A DNA stretch of 64,000 bases from an uncultured bacterium (GTDB lineage: Bacteria > Planctomycetota > UBA1135 > GCA-002686595). The DNA lies in NCBI GenBank assembly GCA_943787795.1, contig CALSNU010000001.1, positions 1,120,001 through 1,184,000 on the forward strand. The letters run 5' to 3'. The first letter of the stretch is position 1. Every line of letters starts with the position of its first letter. This document shows positions 47,698-61,039 of this stretch, piece after piece. Position numbers and translations under genes: made by a program. Under the pieces are notes generated by a model. It was not told the DNA's origin and did not search any database. It was given only the letters and a program-made list of their open reading frames with translations.

Positions 47698-49374
47698 TCA
47701 GGCCTCTGATTCAGGAAGTTGGACCCTCGGGAAGAGGGCCTCGGGCGTCCCGAGGGCTGCCCCGGCGTCGAGGCCCCGCCAGGTTCCGGCCTGCGGTAGG
47801 CCCGGCCAGGGCTGGCTGGCGACCTCGTCGGTCTTGCCGAGCATCTCCCATAGCTGCTGCGCCTTGGTCGGCATGAAGGGCGCCATCCATCGAGCCTGCC
47901 AGCTCAGCCACTCGCAGAGGGTGTTGAGGGCGGAGGCCGCCTTCTCCGGGTCTTCCTTGCGGAGCGCCCACGGGGCTATCCTGTCCACGAAGATATTGGC
48001 GACCGTGGCGTTGGCCACGACGGCTTCGGCAGCGCGGCGGAAGCGGAATTCTCGTACGTGGGCGGCGGGGTCTTCGATCGGCCCGCACTCCTCCAGGATC
48101 AGTCGATCCATCTCCTCGCGGTGCGGGTCATGCAGCGTCGGGATCACGGCATCGAAGTTCTTGGCGATGAACTTCAGGACCCGCGTCGCTAGGTTGCCGA
48201 TCGTGCCGGCGAGGGATGTGTTGGCGGTCTGGACGAACTGCTCCAGGGAGAACTCCGAGTCCGCCGTCTCCGGCATGGTCGAGCACAGGTAGAACCGCGT
48301 CGTGTCCACGTCCCACTCCTTGGCGAACTCCACGACGTCGAAGGCGTTGCCGCCCGAGGTCGAGAACTTGCCGCCCTTGAGGTTGTAGAACTCATTGGCC
48401 GGTACCGCGGAGGGGAGGACGTAGCCGTCCTTCACCCCGTGGAGCATTGAGGGGAAGACCAGGCAGTGGAAGGGGATGTTGTCCTTCCCGATGAAGTGCA
48501 CCAGCTGGGTGTCCTCGCCCTGCCACCAGTCCTTCCACGCCTCAGGGGTTCCTCGCTCCCGCATGAGCTCCTTGGTAAAGCTGACATACCCGATGGGCGC
48601 GTCGAACCAGACGTAGAGCACCTTGCCCTCTCCAGCATCGCCGACCTCGGGGGGCAGGCTGACGCCCCAGCTCATGTCCCGCGTGATCGCGCGCTCGGGG
48701 ACATCCTCGAGGAGGTTCTCAATGAACTTCTCCACGTTGGCCTTCCACTCGTGGTCGCGGATCCAGGCCCCAATCTTCTCGTCTCGAAGTTTGGGGAGGT
48801 CCAGATACCAGTGGGTGGTGGTCCGCTGTTCCGGGGTGGAGCCGCAGATCTTGCAGCGCGGGTCCTTGAACTCGAGCGGGTCGATCCAGGTACCGCAGCT
48901 CGGGCACTCGTCGCCGCGTGCGCCGTCGGCACCGCACTTGTAGCAGGTCCCCTCCACGTACCGGTCCGCAAGGAACATGTCGTCATGAACGCAGAAGAGC
49001 TGCTTGGTCTGCCGCTCCGCCAGGTAGCCGTTCTCCAGCAGTCGAGAGAAGAACTCGCGGGACGAGTCGGCGTGCTCGGGGCACGTGCTCGTCCCGGAGA
49101 CCACGTCGTAGCGGATGTCCAGCGCGTCGAACGTGGCGCGCATGTTGCCGTTCCAGCGCGCCACGTAGGAGGCGTAGTCCTCGCCCGCCTTCTCCGCCGA
49201 GATCGTGATGGCGACCCCGTGATCGTCCGATCCTGAGACGGCGAGCACGTCCTCTCCGCACATTCTGAGGGTGCGGACATAGACGTCCGCGGGCAGGTAA
49301 GCGCCGGCGATATGACCGAAGTGAAGCGGCCCGTTGGCGTACAGGAGGGCCGAAGTGACGATGGTGCGGGCCAC
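47698..49374 (-). CDS. metG: Methionyl-tRNA synthetase without C-terminal tRNA-binding appendix
   Basis: YANGPLHFGH, Zn knuckles, YVWFDAPIGY, GKDNIPFH, KFSTS. Confidence 0.97.
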   Translation of the reverse strand: MARTIVTSALLYANGPLHFGHIAGAYLPADVYVRTLRMCGEDVLAVSGSDDHGVAITISAEKAGEDYASYVARWNGNMRATFDALDIRYDVVSGTSTCPEHADSSREFFSRLLENGYLAERQTKQLFCVHDDMFLADRYVEGTCYKCGADGARGDECPSCGTWIDPLEFKDPRCKICGSTPEQRTTTHWYLDLPKLRDEKIGAWIRDHEWKANVEKFIENLLEDVPERAITRDMSWGVSLPPEVGDAGEGKVLYVWFDAPIGYVSFTKELMRERGTPEAWKDWWQGEDTQLVHFIGKDNIPFHCLVFPSMLHGVKDGYVLPSAVPANEFYNLKGGKFSTSGGNAFDVVEFAKEWDVDTTRFYLCSTMPETADSEFSLEQFVQTANTSLAGTIGNLATRVLKFIAKNFDAVIPTLHDPHREEMDRLILEECGPIEDPAAHVREFRFRRAAEAVVANATVANIFVDRIAPWALRKEDPEKAASALNTLCEWLSWQARWMAPFMPTKAQQLWEMLGKTDEVASQPWPGLPQAGTWRGLDAGAALGTPEALFPRVQLPESEA

Positions 49375-49606
49375 GGTGCTGCTGGTTGGCGCTAGGGGGG
49401 GGCGGGGGGATCAAGACTGCGACACCCGGTCTCGGACGCCCGAAATCGGCGGGCGGGGGAGGGGAGGACGCGGTGCGGAAGACTAAGATCTTCCGCCTCT
49501 GAACACCGCCACCGATCCCGCGGTCCGGTTCAGACCCGCTGGATTTCCCATCCAGGCAGACGTTGTCACCCCCAGAACACCCGGGCCCCATTCCGCCCGA
49601 ACACGC

Positions 49607-50776
<1,170 letters not shown>

Positions 50777-50805
50777 CTCAGGCGCGCCCGCCGGGCGCGC
50801 CCTGA

Positions 50806-50852
50806 ACGAGGCGAGCCCCCCTCCGCGTATGGCGGAGGGGGGCTCGCCTCGT
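50806..50852. terminator. Perfect 21-bp stem hairpin between convergent genes
   Basis: ACGAGGCGAGCCCCCCTCCGC-GTATG-GCGGAGGGGGGCTCGCCTCGT. Confidence 0.8.
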
Positions 50853-50905
50853 CTCGGGACCCCCCTGACGGGTGGGAACTCCGGCGGAGATCCCAGCGGT
50901 GAGCC

Positions 50906-53450
<2,545 letters not shown>

Positions 53451-53628
53451 AGAGGGGGGGATTCGAAGGCCGGGGCGGGTTGAAACGCGTCCCTGGGGCG
53501 AGAGCGTGACGCTCCGGCAGCCTTTCACGGACCCCCCGAGCGTCCGCGCTGGGCAGGCCGAGCCACCGGTTCGGTGTGAGCGGCCCGCTGGGTGGGGGGA
53601 GACCCCTCACTCCGTGGACCTCGCAACC

Positions 53629-56016
53629 CTACTCAGCGGCGAGGCCGCTCTCAAGGCGAACGTCGATTGCCTTGCTCCCCGTCTCGAAGGAGCCGATCAG
53701 GAGCTCGCCGTGGACGGGTGAGAAGCGCCACCCGTCATCGGACCTCCCCGACCCCGGCGAGACATCATCTCGCTCCGCGTGGACGCCCGCCGGGTCGATG
53801 GGCTCGAGACGACCGGTGATGAGGCGCCGACCCTGGGCATCGGCATCCAGGGTGGCCATGTCGAACCAGAGGTGGGCCCTGCTGCCGCGCCGGACGGTCT
53901 CGAACTCCTCCTGGAGCGACAGCGGCCCCTGATCGGGGGCCAGGAGGAAGCCCTCCGTCCAGGTCGTCCCCTGGGGCCAGCTGCGCACATCCCCCCGGCC
54001 CCAGTCGGGCCTGCGGTAGGAGGTATAGCCCCGTCGCCCGCTGGCGTCCGACACGCGCAGCCCAAGGGCATAGGCGCCCCGCACGACCTCGCCGCGCTGG
54101 TTGATGTCCACCTCGACCCAGTAGAGGCCGTCGCCGGGGAGTCGGGAGACCCTCAGGTCGTCCAGGCTCATCACCTCGCGCTCCGGCCCGAGGGGGCGCT
54201 CGAGGCGCACGGACCCGAGCGTGGACGTCGGCGAGGGCGAGGGACCCTCTCGAACCACGCGGCGGCGCACGCCCTTGGGGACCTGGCGGGTGAACACCAC
54301 CACCGCGCCCGTCCCGGTGTCAGCGGTGCGATCCCAGAAGGCCGCGGCCACGTGGTACTCCCGGGCGAGCACCTCGACGACCTCCGAAGCCCACGGGGCG
54401 TGCAGGAGGGAGGAGTGAATCAGGAGGGCGTCCTGGGCCCGCATCCGGGCGAGGCTGCTCGCCATGGCCTCGGGGTCCAGTCGTACCTTGGCGGCGTCGA
54501 GCTGGAACGGGAGCTTCTCCAGCTCCCAGCTGGCCGGCGTCCGAAAGAGCACCGCCCAGTGGTAGCTGGACGCGACCTTCGGGGCGCGCCCATCTGCCGA
54601 GATGGGCGCCTGCTCCAGCCACCGCGCCGCGCGCTCGAAGGCCCCAAAGGGTGCGGTGGGGGTCAGGGAGGCGAGGAGGGCGGCTTGCAGCACACCGCCG
54701 AGCAACAGGATCGCGACCACCGCGGCCCGCAGGCGCGGCGCGGCGGCGGAGGCGCTGCCCGCGAGGACGACGAGCCCGATGCCCATGTATGCCGCGTAGG
54801 CCGGCAGCACGGGGAGCCAGATGCGCATGTCCTTGCTGCCCTTGAAGCTCGTGAGCGCTCCGTACGCCAGCGCGATACCCAGGGGCATGAGGCCAACCAG
54901 GGCGGCGCGACTCCCGCCCCGGACGGACCTCAACGCGACTGCGGCGGCGCCCAGACCCACCGCGGGCGCCAGCCAGCGCGCGGAGAACCACTGGAAGTGG
55001 TCGAGGTACCAGGTCCGGCCGGCCAGGGCCCTGAAGTCGTCCGTGGATCGGGAGACGTCGTCCAGGGTGACCTCACCGATGGCGTTCGCGCCCTGCTGGT
55101 AGAGCCACTGGCCGAGGTCCACGGCGCCGATCTCGTACAGCAGCTGGCCGGACTGGGGGCCAAAGTTGATCAGGAGGTAGGTCCAGAGTCCCACGCCGAA
55201 CTGCCCGTAGGTCACCCGGTCCAGGACGCACTGGGCCAGCACGAGGGTGGCCAAGGAGGTCATCGCACCGCTGGCCGTCCGCGCGGCAGCCCTGGGCCCA
55301 CTGGAGAGCGTGCGCCCGACCACCATCGCGACCAGCACCATGAGCACCAGCGGGATGGCCTTGTAGGCGCACATCACGGCGACCCCCAGCCAGGCGCCCG
55401 CGGCCCTTCCCCGGCCGCCAGCCCGCCGGCCTCCGCCGGCTTCCTGGGCGGCCCCGGCGGGATCGAACAGCGCTCGCTCCATCCCCAGGGCCAGGGCGGC
55501 GCCCGCGGCCACGTCGGTCATGGGGATGGCCATGAACTGCACGAGCGTGGGGGACGCCAGGGCGGCGGCTGCCGCCAGGTTCCCCGCGGCAGGCAGCCTC
55601 TCGTTCCGCACCCCGATGGCCCCGGCGATCGCGATGGTCAGCTGCCGCGTGGCGAAGAGCAGGGAGGCGCTGATGAGGAGGTGCACGAATCCCGCGTAGA
55701 GCAGCACCCAGGGCCCCTCGGCGACGCCCGCGAGCCCGGCCAGCCAGAGCGCCGGCGCGTGCAGTGCCGTGATGCCGGCTGCGCGGACCTTCTGGGCGTC
55801 GAGAAGCTCCTCACCTGCGACCAGGGCGCGGGCTCGCTCGAGGTACTCGACGACATCGGCGAAGAGGGCGCCCTCGACGCGGATCCAGGACCAGGTGCCT
55901 AGCAGGGCGGCCACGCCGACGAGCGCGAGGAAGCCGGGATCCCGCCACGCTCCGGCGGCGCCTGACGGTGCCTGCGGCCGCGCGCCGGCGGGGGACCCTT
56001 GGTGTGGGGCGCTCAT
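53629..56016 (-). CDS. GT-C fold membrane glycosyltransferase (PIG-B/Alg9-like) with C-terminal soluble domain
   Basis: Many TM helices; ADVVEY first loop, LDRVTYG, KDMRIWLPVLP. Confidence 0.75.
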   Translation of the reverse strand: MSAPHQGSPAGARPQAPSGAAGAWRDPGFLALVGVAALLGTWSWIRVEGALFADVVEYLERARALVAGEELLDAQKVRAAGITALHAPALWLAGLAGVAEGPWVLLYAGFVHLLISASLLFATRQLTIAIAGAIGVRNERLPAAGNLAAAAALASPTLVQFMAIPMTDVAAGAALALGMERALFDPAGAAQEAGGGRRAGGRGRAAGAWLGVAVMCAYKAIPLVLMVLVAMVVGRTLSSGPRAAARTASGAMTSLATLVLAQCVLDRVTYGQFGVGLWTYLLINFGPQSGQLLYEIGAVDLGQWLYQQGANAIGEVTLDDVSRSTDDFRALAGRTWYLDHFQWFSARWLAPAVGLGAAAVALRSVRGGSRAALVGLMPLGIALAYGALTSFKGSKDMRIWLPVLPAYAAYMGIGLVVLAGSASAAAPRLRAAVVAILLLGGVLQAALLASLTPTAPFGAFERAARWLEQAPISADGRAPKVASSYHWAVLFRTPASWELEKLPFQLDAAKVRLDPEAMASSLARMRAQDALLIHSSLLHAPWASEVVEVLAREYHVAAAFWDRTADTGTGAVVVFTRQVPKGVRRRVVREGPSPSPTSTLGSVRLERPLGPEREVMSLDDLRVSRLPGDGLYWVEVDINQRGEVVRGAYALGLRVSDASGRRGYTSYRRPDWGRGDVRSWPQGTTWTEGFLLAPDQGPLSLQEEFETVRRGSRAHLWFDMATLDADAQGRRLITGRLEPIDPAGVHAERDDVSPGSGRSDDGWRFSPVHGELLIGSFETGSKAIDVRLESGLAAE

Positions 56017-56307
56017 GGGAGCGTGAAGATACCCACTGGGAGATCGATCTCTTCGCGGAAAGGCAGCAGCCGGTACTTGAAACGGGCGCGCCCGATCTCG
56101 ATTGTGGGGACGCCCCGGTGCTCCGGAGCGTCGCCCGCACATCGACGCCCCGGATGTTCGCCGGGTCCCCCGTGACCGCGGGGAGCTCCGCACACCGTCC
56201 ACCACACCACACCGTCGGCCCTCGCGCGCCGCCGGCCACGCGCCCTGCTCCAGGGGCGGAGTCTTCTCCGCCCGATCGGCACCGCGCCACCAGAGGGAAG
56301 TTCATCC

Positions 56308-57042
56308 ATGGGAAAGACCGAGAAGATCGTGGTCCTCAGCGTCCTCTTCGCCGTCGTCGTCCTCTTTGTCTGGTCGCTTCAGGGGCCCGAGGCCCGCGCG
56401 TCTGCTGCTGAAGGTCCCGACCCGGTACCGAGCACGAGCCAGCAGGAGGAGTCAGCCAATGTCTTCCAGCGGGCCACGCCCAAGCCCCGCCCCGTCATCA
56501 ACCTCGAGGAGCCCGACGACGTCGATCTGACCCTCGGGGGCACCTCGACCGTCGCCCGCGCTGACGATGTCGCGACCCTGGGAGGGGAGGGCCTTCTCAA
56601 CTCCGCCGTCGTCGTAGAGAACCCGGTAGACCGCAGCGCCGTTGCACTGCAGGCCGGCTGGGACCTCGTCACCGTCCGCGGCCTGGAGCCGACCGTGGAC
56701 CCGGAGATGATGATCCTCCGCCCCGAAGCCGGGTCGACGTGGACCTCGCTCGCCGCCACCCTCTACGGGGACGAGAGCCGGTCGCGCCTCCTGCGTCACT
56801 ACAACGAGGGGATGTCGGCCCCCGGTGAGCAGATCCTCGTCCCTGCGGTGGATGACCTCGGGCCTGCGCCGACCTTCCTCAAGGTCGAGGTCCTCGACGG
56901 GGAGAGCCTCTGGCTGGTCTCCGAGAGGACCCTCGGCTCGGGTGCCCGGTGGAAGGAGATCTTCGACCTCAACCGGGACCTGATCTCCGACGCGAGCAAG
57001 GTCCGCCCGGGGCTCGTGCTGCGGGTCCCGGCGGCCAACTGA
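56308..57042 (+). CDS. Membrane-anchored protein with two LysM-like domains
   Basis: N-terminal TM; VLDGESLWLVSERTLG...WKEIFDLN...VRPGLVLRVP. Confidence 0.88.
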   Translation: MGKTEKIVVLSVLFAVVVLFVWSLQGPEARASAAEGPDPVPSTSQQEESANVFQRATPKPRPVINLEEPDDVDLTLGGTSTVARADDVATLGGEGLLNSAVVVENPVDRSAVALQAGWDLVTVRGLEPTVDPEMMILRPEAGSTWTSLAATLYGDESRSRLLRHYNEGMSAPGEQILVPAVDDLGPAPTFLKVEVLDGESLWLVSERTLGSGARWKEIFDLNRDLISDASKVRPGLVLRVPAAN

Positions 57043-57359
57043 CGGCTCTGGGTCTCCGGGGCTCCGGGTCTCAGGGGCTCTGCGCTCTGGGGCTGCGGGA
57101 CTGGCTCGTCCGCTGGATTCTCCTCGGTCGTTGGGTCCGGCCCCGGGAGCTGGCGCGTCCGGGGGGACTGGTATCCCCTGGAGAGGGGCCCCTCAGGCGG
57201 GGCCGTGATGAAGGGCACACCGCGCCCAGGAGTTCGCGCGAGGGGTCTGACCGTCCGCCTCGCCGGCTCGGCCTTGACCGCTGTTCCAGCGCAGTTCCAG
57301 CGGCGCTGCAGCCGCCTGGTGGCCTCGCCTGAACTGGACCGCCGCGGCCCGCGCCGACT

Positions 57360-58772
57360 TCAGCGCAGGCCGTAGCGGTCCAGCTTCTTGTAGAGATGGC
57401 TGCGCTGCATGCCCAGTTCCTCGGCGGTCCGCTTCACGTTGCCGCTGTTCCGCTCGAGCCGTCGTTCGAAGAACAGGGCCTCGGCCTCGTTCTTGAACTG
57501 CTCGAACGTCTCCGCCTCGAAGGGCCCCTCGACCGATGCCGAGCCCGGGCGAGTCGGGGCGAGCGCGGGGCCGGTCGCGAGCACGCGGCTGATGTCGTCC
57601 CCCTCGATCCGCTGGTCGTCGCAGAAGATCGACGCGGCTTCGAGGACGTTCCTCAACTGCCGGACATTGCCCGGCCAACCGTGAGACTGCAGGGCGTCCT
57701 CCGCGTCGCTGGCGAGCGCGACAGGGCTCCTGCCGATGCGCTCCGCCTGCCGCTCCAGCAGGTGGCGGGCGATGAGCGGGATGTCCCCGGGCCGCGCACG
57801 CAGAGGGGGGACCTCGATGGCGACCACGTTGAGGCGGTAGTAGAGGTCCATGCGGAACGCGCGGTCCTCCACGGCCTTCGAGAGGTCCGCGTTCGTGGCA
57901 GCGAGCACCCGCAGGTCCACGGCTCGGCTGGTGCTGTCTCCGACGCGGACGACCTCGTGAGACTCGAGGGCGCGCAGCACCTTGGCCTGGGCGGGCAGGG
58001 GCATGTCGCCCACCTCGTCCAGGAAGAGGTCGCCCCCGTGGGAGGCCTCGAAGTGACCGACCCGATCCTCATGAGCGCCGGTGAAGGACCCCTTCACGTG
58101 GCCGAAGAGCTCGGACTCCACGAGGTCGGGGGGGATCGCGGCACAGTTGACGGTGACGAACGGGCCGGCGGCTCGGGGTCCGTTGAGGTGAATGTTGCGG
58201 GCCACCAGCTCCTTGCCGACACCGTTCTCCCCGGTGATCAGCACCGAGGCGTCGGTCTGGGCGACCCGTTCGATGGTCTCGCCCATCTGCCGCATGACGT
58301 CGGACTCGCCGATCAGCTCGTAGCCCGACCTGAGCTGCTGCTTGAGGCCCCGGTTCTCGACCACCAGGTCCTGTTCCCGGATGGCTCGATGGACGGTGAC
58401 GAGGAGTCGGTGCTCGTCGAGCGGCTTCTCGAGGAAGTTGACCGCGCCACGCTGCATGGCGTCCACGGCAACCGGCACGTCGCCGTGCCCGCTGATGAGG
58501 ACCACCGGCGGCGCGGACTCGACGGCGGCGATGCGGTCCAGGAGCTCGAGGCCGTCGAGGCCCGGCATCTTCACATCCGTCAGCACGAGAGCCGGCGCCT
58601 CAGGTTCGGACTCCAGGCGGGCCAGGGCCTCGGTGCCCGACCTGGCGGTCCAGACCTCGAAACCCTCGTACTGCAGGGTCATCTCCAGGGTCTGCCGGAT
58701 GTCCGCATCGTCGTCGACGACAAGGATGGCCTTGCGGGCCCCGGGGAGGGCGGCGTTGGTGAGATCTCCCAT
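57360..58772 (-). CDS. Sigma-54-dependent response regulator (NtrC/NtrX family)
   Basis: REC (TDVKMP), GENGVGKE, ESELFGH, GSFTGA, WPGNVRQL, Fis-type HTH. Confidence 0.96.
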   Translation of the reverse strand: MGDLTNAALPGARKAILVVDDDADIRQTLEMTLQYEGFEVWTARSGTEALARLESEPEAPALVLTDVKMPGLDGLELLDRIAAVESAPPVVLISGHGDVPVAVDAMQRGAVNFLEKPLDEHRLLVTVHRAIREQDLVVENRGLKQQLRSGYELIGESDVMRQMGETIERVAQTDASVLITGENGVGKELVARNIHLNGPRAAGPFVTVNCAAIPPDLVESELFGHVKGSFTGAHEDRVGHFEASHGGDLFLDEVGDMPLPAQAKVLRALESHEVVRVGDSTSRAVDLRVLAATNADLSKAVEDRAFRMDLYYRLNVVAIEVPPLRARPGDIPLIARHLLERQAERIGRSPVALASDAEDALQSHGWPGNVRQLRNVLEAASIFCDDQRIEGDDISRVLATGPALAPTRPGSASVEGPFEAETFEQFKNEAEALFFERRLERNSGNVKRTAEELGMQRSHLYKKLDRYGLR

Positions 58773-58860
58773 GGCCCTATTGTGCCCGATCCATCGGTTC
58801 GATCCGCGGGCTCGATCCGCGGAGCCGACCGGCGGAGCCGACCGGGGGAGCGGACCCGAG

Positions 58861-58912
58861 GAGCAGATTCGGGGAGCAGATTCGGGGAGCAGATTCGGGG
58901 AGCCGACTTGCG
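58861..58912. repeat. 13-bp tandem repeat GAGCAGATTCGGG, 3 perfect plus a degenerate copy
   Basis: Read directly from the sequence. Confidence 0.85.
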
Positions 58913-59260
58913 GGGCCGACCCGCGACGCCGTCGCCTCCGCCCGGGGGAGGCGCAGGGAGCTGGGCTGCGTCCGTCCCCTCTCCGGCACAGCGAGCCGGC
59001 GGGCGGGCCCTTGGACGGTGGGCGACGGCTCGACAGCTGACCGCCATCAGGTCACCGCCGCGCGAGGGCCGTCCTGGTCAGGCGCGGGCCTTGCCGGCGA
59101 AGTTCCGGTGAAGTTCCGGTGAGGTGCCGTGGCCTGAGCCCGCCGGAGGTTCATGCGAAGGTCCACGCGAAGGGTCGTGCAAAGGACCGCGAGCGGGCCG
59201 TGGCCATGGGAAGTCCGGGACATGGCCCGCGTACCCCCGTGATTCCGGTTCAATGTCGCC

Positions 59261-60541
59261 ATGCACTCAAGGCCGCCTGGAGATCGAGCGTTCCTCGCGG
59301 ACAGAGACCTGGTGGCGGGGGTCCTGTCAGGGACCTCGGCGGACGGGATCGACGTCGCGGTGGGGCGGATCGCGCTGCGCGACCACGATGGAGGGCAGAC
59401 GGTCCGCGGGGTCGAGGCCACCGAGATGGCGACGGTGCCCATGGCGGCCGAGCTGTCGTCGCGCGTTCGAGGTGTCCTCGATGGGGCCGCGATCTCCCTC
59501 CCGGACCTCGCGGCGCTTGACCGGGACCTCGGCCTCGCCTTTGGCGCCGCGGTCCGAACGGTGGCAGGGGCGGACGCGCCCCTGGCCCTGGTCGCGAGCC
59601 ACGGGCAGACCGTCTTCCACCACGACGGCGAGCCTGGCCTGGGCAAGGTGACCCTGCAGCTCGGGGACGGAGACTTCGTCGCCGAGGCGGCGGGGTGCGC
59701 GGTGGCCTCTGACTTCCGCACCCGTGACTGCGCTGCGGGCGGAGAGGGCGCGCCGCTGGTGGTGTTGGTGGACGAGGTGCTGTTCGCAGCGGCGCCCCGC
59801 CCCCTCGCCATCCTCAACCTGGGCGGGATCGCCAACTGGACGCTGCTGCGCCCTGGGGCTCCCCCCGTGGGGTCGGACGCTGGCCCCGCCGGAGCCCTGC
59901 TGGACGGGCTGGCCCGCTCGGTGCTCGACCGCCCCATGGACAGGGACGGGCTCGTAGCGGCTCGGGGCGCGGTGCTGCCCGGGCCGCTCGAGGCGCTGAG
60001 CGACCACCCCTTTCTGGCGCGTCCCTGGCCAAAATCGACCGGCCTGGACACCTTCGGCCCCGCCTTCGTGGCGGCCTTCATGGCCTCCGCGCCCGGGGCT
60101 TCGGCGGAAGATTTGCTGGCCACGGCCACGCGATTCGTCGCCCAGGCCTCGGTGGGGGACCTCCTCGGGGAGGACCGCTGGAGATCCCTCCAGGCCGGAG
60201 CTGAGCAGGCCGGAGCTGGGCAGGCCGGAGCTGGGCAGCCGGGGGCTGAGCAGGCGGGGGTCGAGGTGGCCGTGGCGGGGGGCGGGGCGAGGAATCCGAC
60301 CCTCATGCGTGGGATCGAGGAGGAGCTCCGGACCCAACTCTCGCCCCTCGGATCCAGGCTAAGCGGGTTCGGGCCATCGGATCGGCACGGGGTCCCCGCT
60401 GATTTCAGAGAGGCCCTGGCGTTCGCGGTCCTGGGAGCGCGGCTCGCGGTGGGCGAATCCTCCTCGCGGCCCGAGGTCACGGGCGCGCGACGGGGCAGGG
60501 TGCTCGGGAAATGGTCGAGCGGGGCCCCGGGCGGGCTCTGA
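59261..60541 (+). CDS. anmK: Anhydro-N-acetylmuramic acid kinase
   Basis: SGTSADGID, SHGQT, GGEGAPL, LNLGGIAN, PKSTG, GGGARN, EALAFA. Confidence 0.93.
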   Translation: MHSRPPGDRAFLADRDLVAGVLSGTSADGIDVAVGRIALRDHDGGQTVRGVEATEMATVPMAAELSSRVRGVLDGAAISLPDLAALDRDLGLAFGAAVRTVAGADAPLALVASHGQTVFHHDGEPGLGKVTLQLGDGDFVAEAAGCAVASDFRTRDCAAGGEGAPLVVLVDEVLFAAAPRPLAILNLGGIANWTLLRPGAPPVGSDAGPAGALLDGLARSVLDRPMDRDGLVAARGAVLPGPLEALSDHPFLARPWPKSTGLDTFGPAFVAAFMASAPGASAEDLLATATRFVAQASVGDLLGEDRWRSLQAGAEQAGAGQAGAGQPGAEQAGVEVAVAGGGARNPTLMRGIEEELRTQLSPLGSRLSGFGPSDRHGVPADFREALAFAVLGARLAVGESSSRPEVTGARRGRVLGKWSSGAPGGL

Positions 60542-60718
60542 GAGGGGGCGGTCATCCAGGAATTGGCGGGTAGCCTCCGGCCGGCACGGGACATATGGAC
60601 AGCGGAGCCCTTTCACTTCGGGCGGGATCTCGCCCGATCCTCCGGTCAATTCCTCCCTTCAGGGCGGCGCCGGCGGCAAGAGATCCTGCTCGCTGACGAT
60701 TGCGGGGCGTTGCGTTCC

Positions 60719-60746
60719 TTGACCACCCCCCTCGCTCCGCTATCAT
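60719..60746 (+). promoter_or_regulatory. Sigma70-like promoter
   Basis: TTGACC-16 bp-TATCAT. Confidence 0.55.
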
Positions 60747-61039
60747 CCTGGCTCCCCCGACAGGTCATCCGACCTTGCCGCGGGGTGCATCATCCCCCCA
60801 AGTTCCTCTCAACGGTCCGCGTTGTGTGACCTGGCCCGGGCTCGCCCGGATCGTCAGGTCTCTCGGATCGCTTCTCCGAATACGGACTTCACCTCCGCCA
60901 TTCTCCCCGACCGGATTCCCTGCTCTGAGCGGCCCTCAATCGAGGGCTTCCTGGGGCGAGTGATTCGGCCTCCTGCGGCCCTGTCCGCCTGAGGCCTTCG
61001 GTCCGACAGTCCGCCTCCACGGGTTCTTCCATTTCCGCC

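Noticed and set aside
53779..55902. Long antisense ORFs (also 32918-34969, 57396-59111, 15109-16458, 59047-60594)
   Set aside because: Shadow ORFs expected opposite real genes at high GC; no recognisable motifs.
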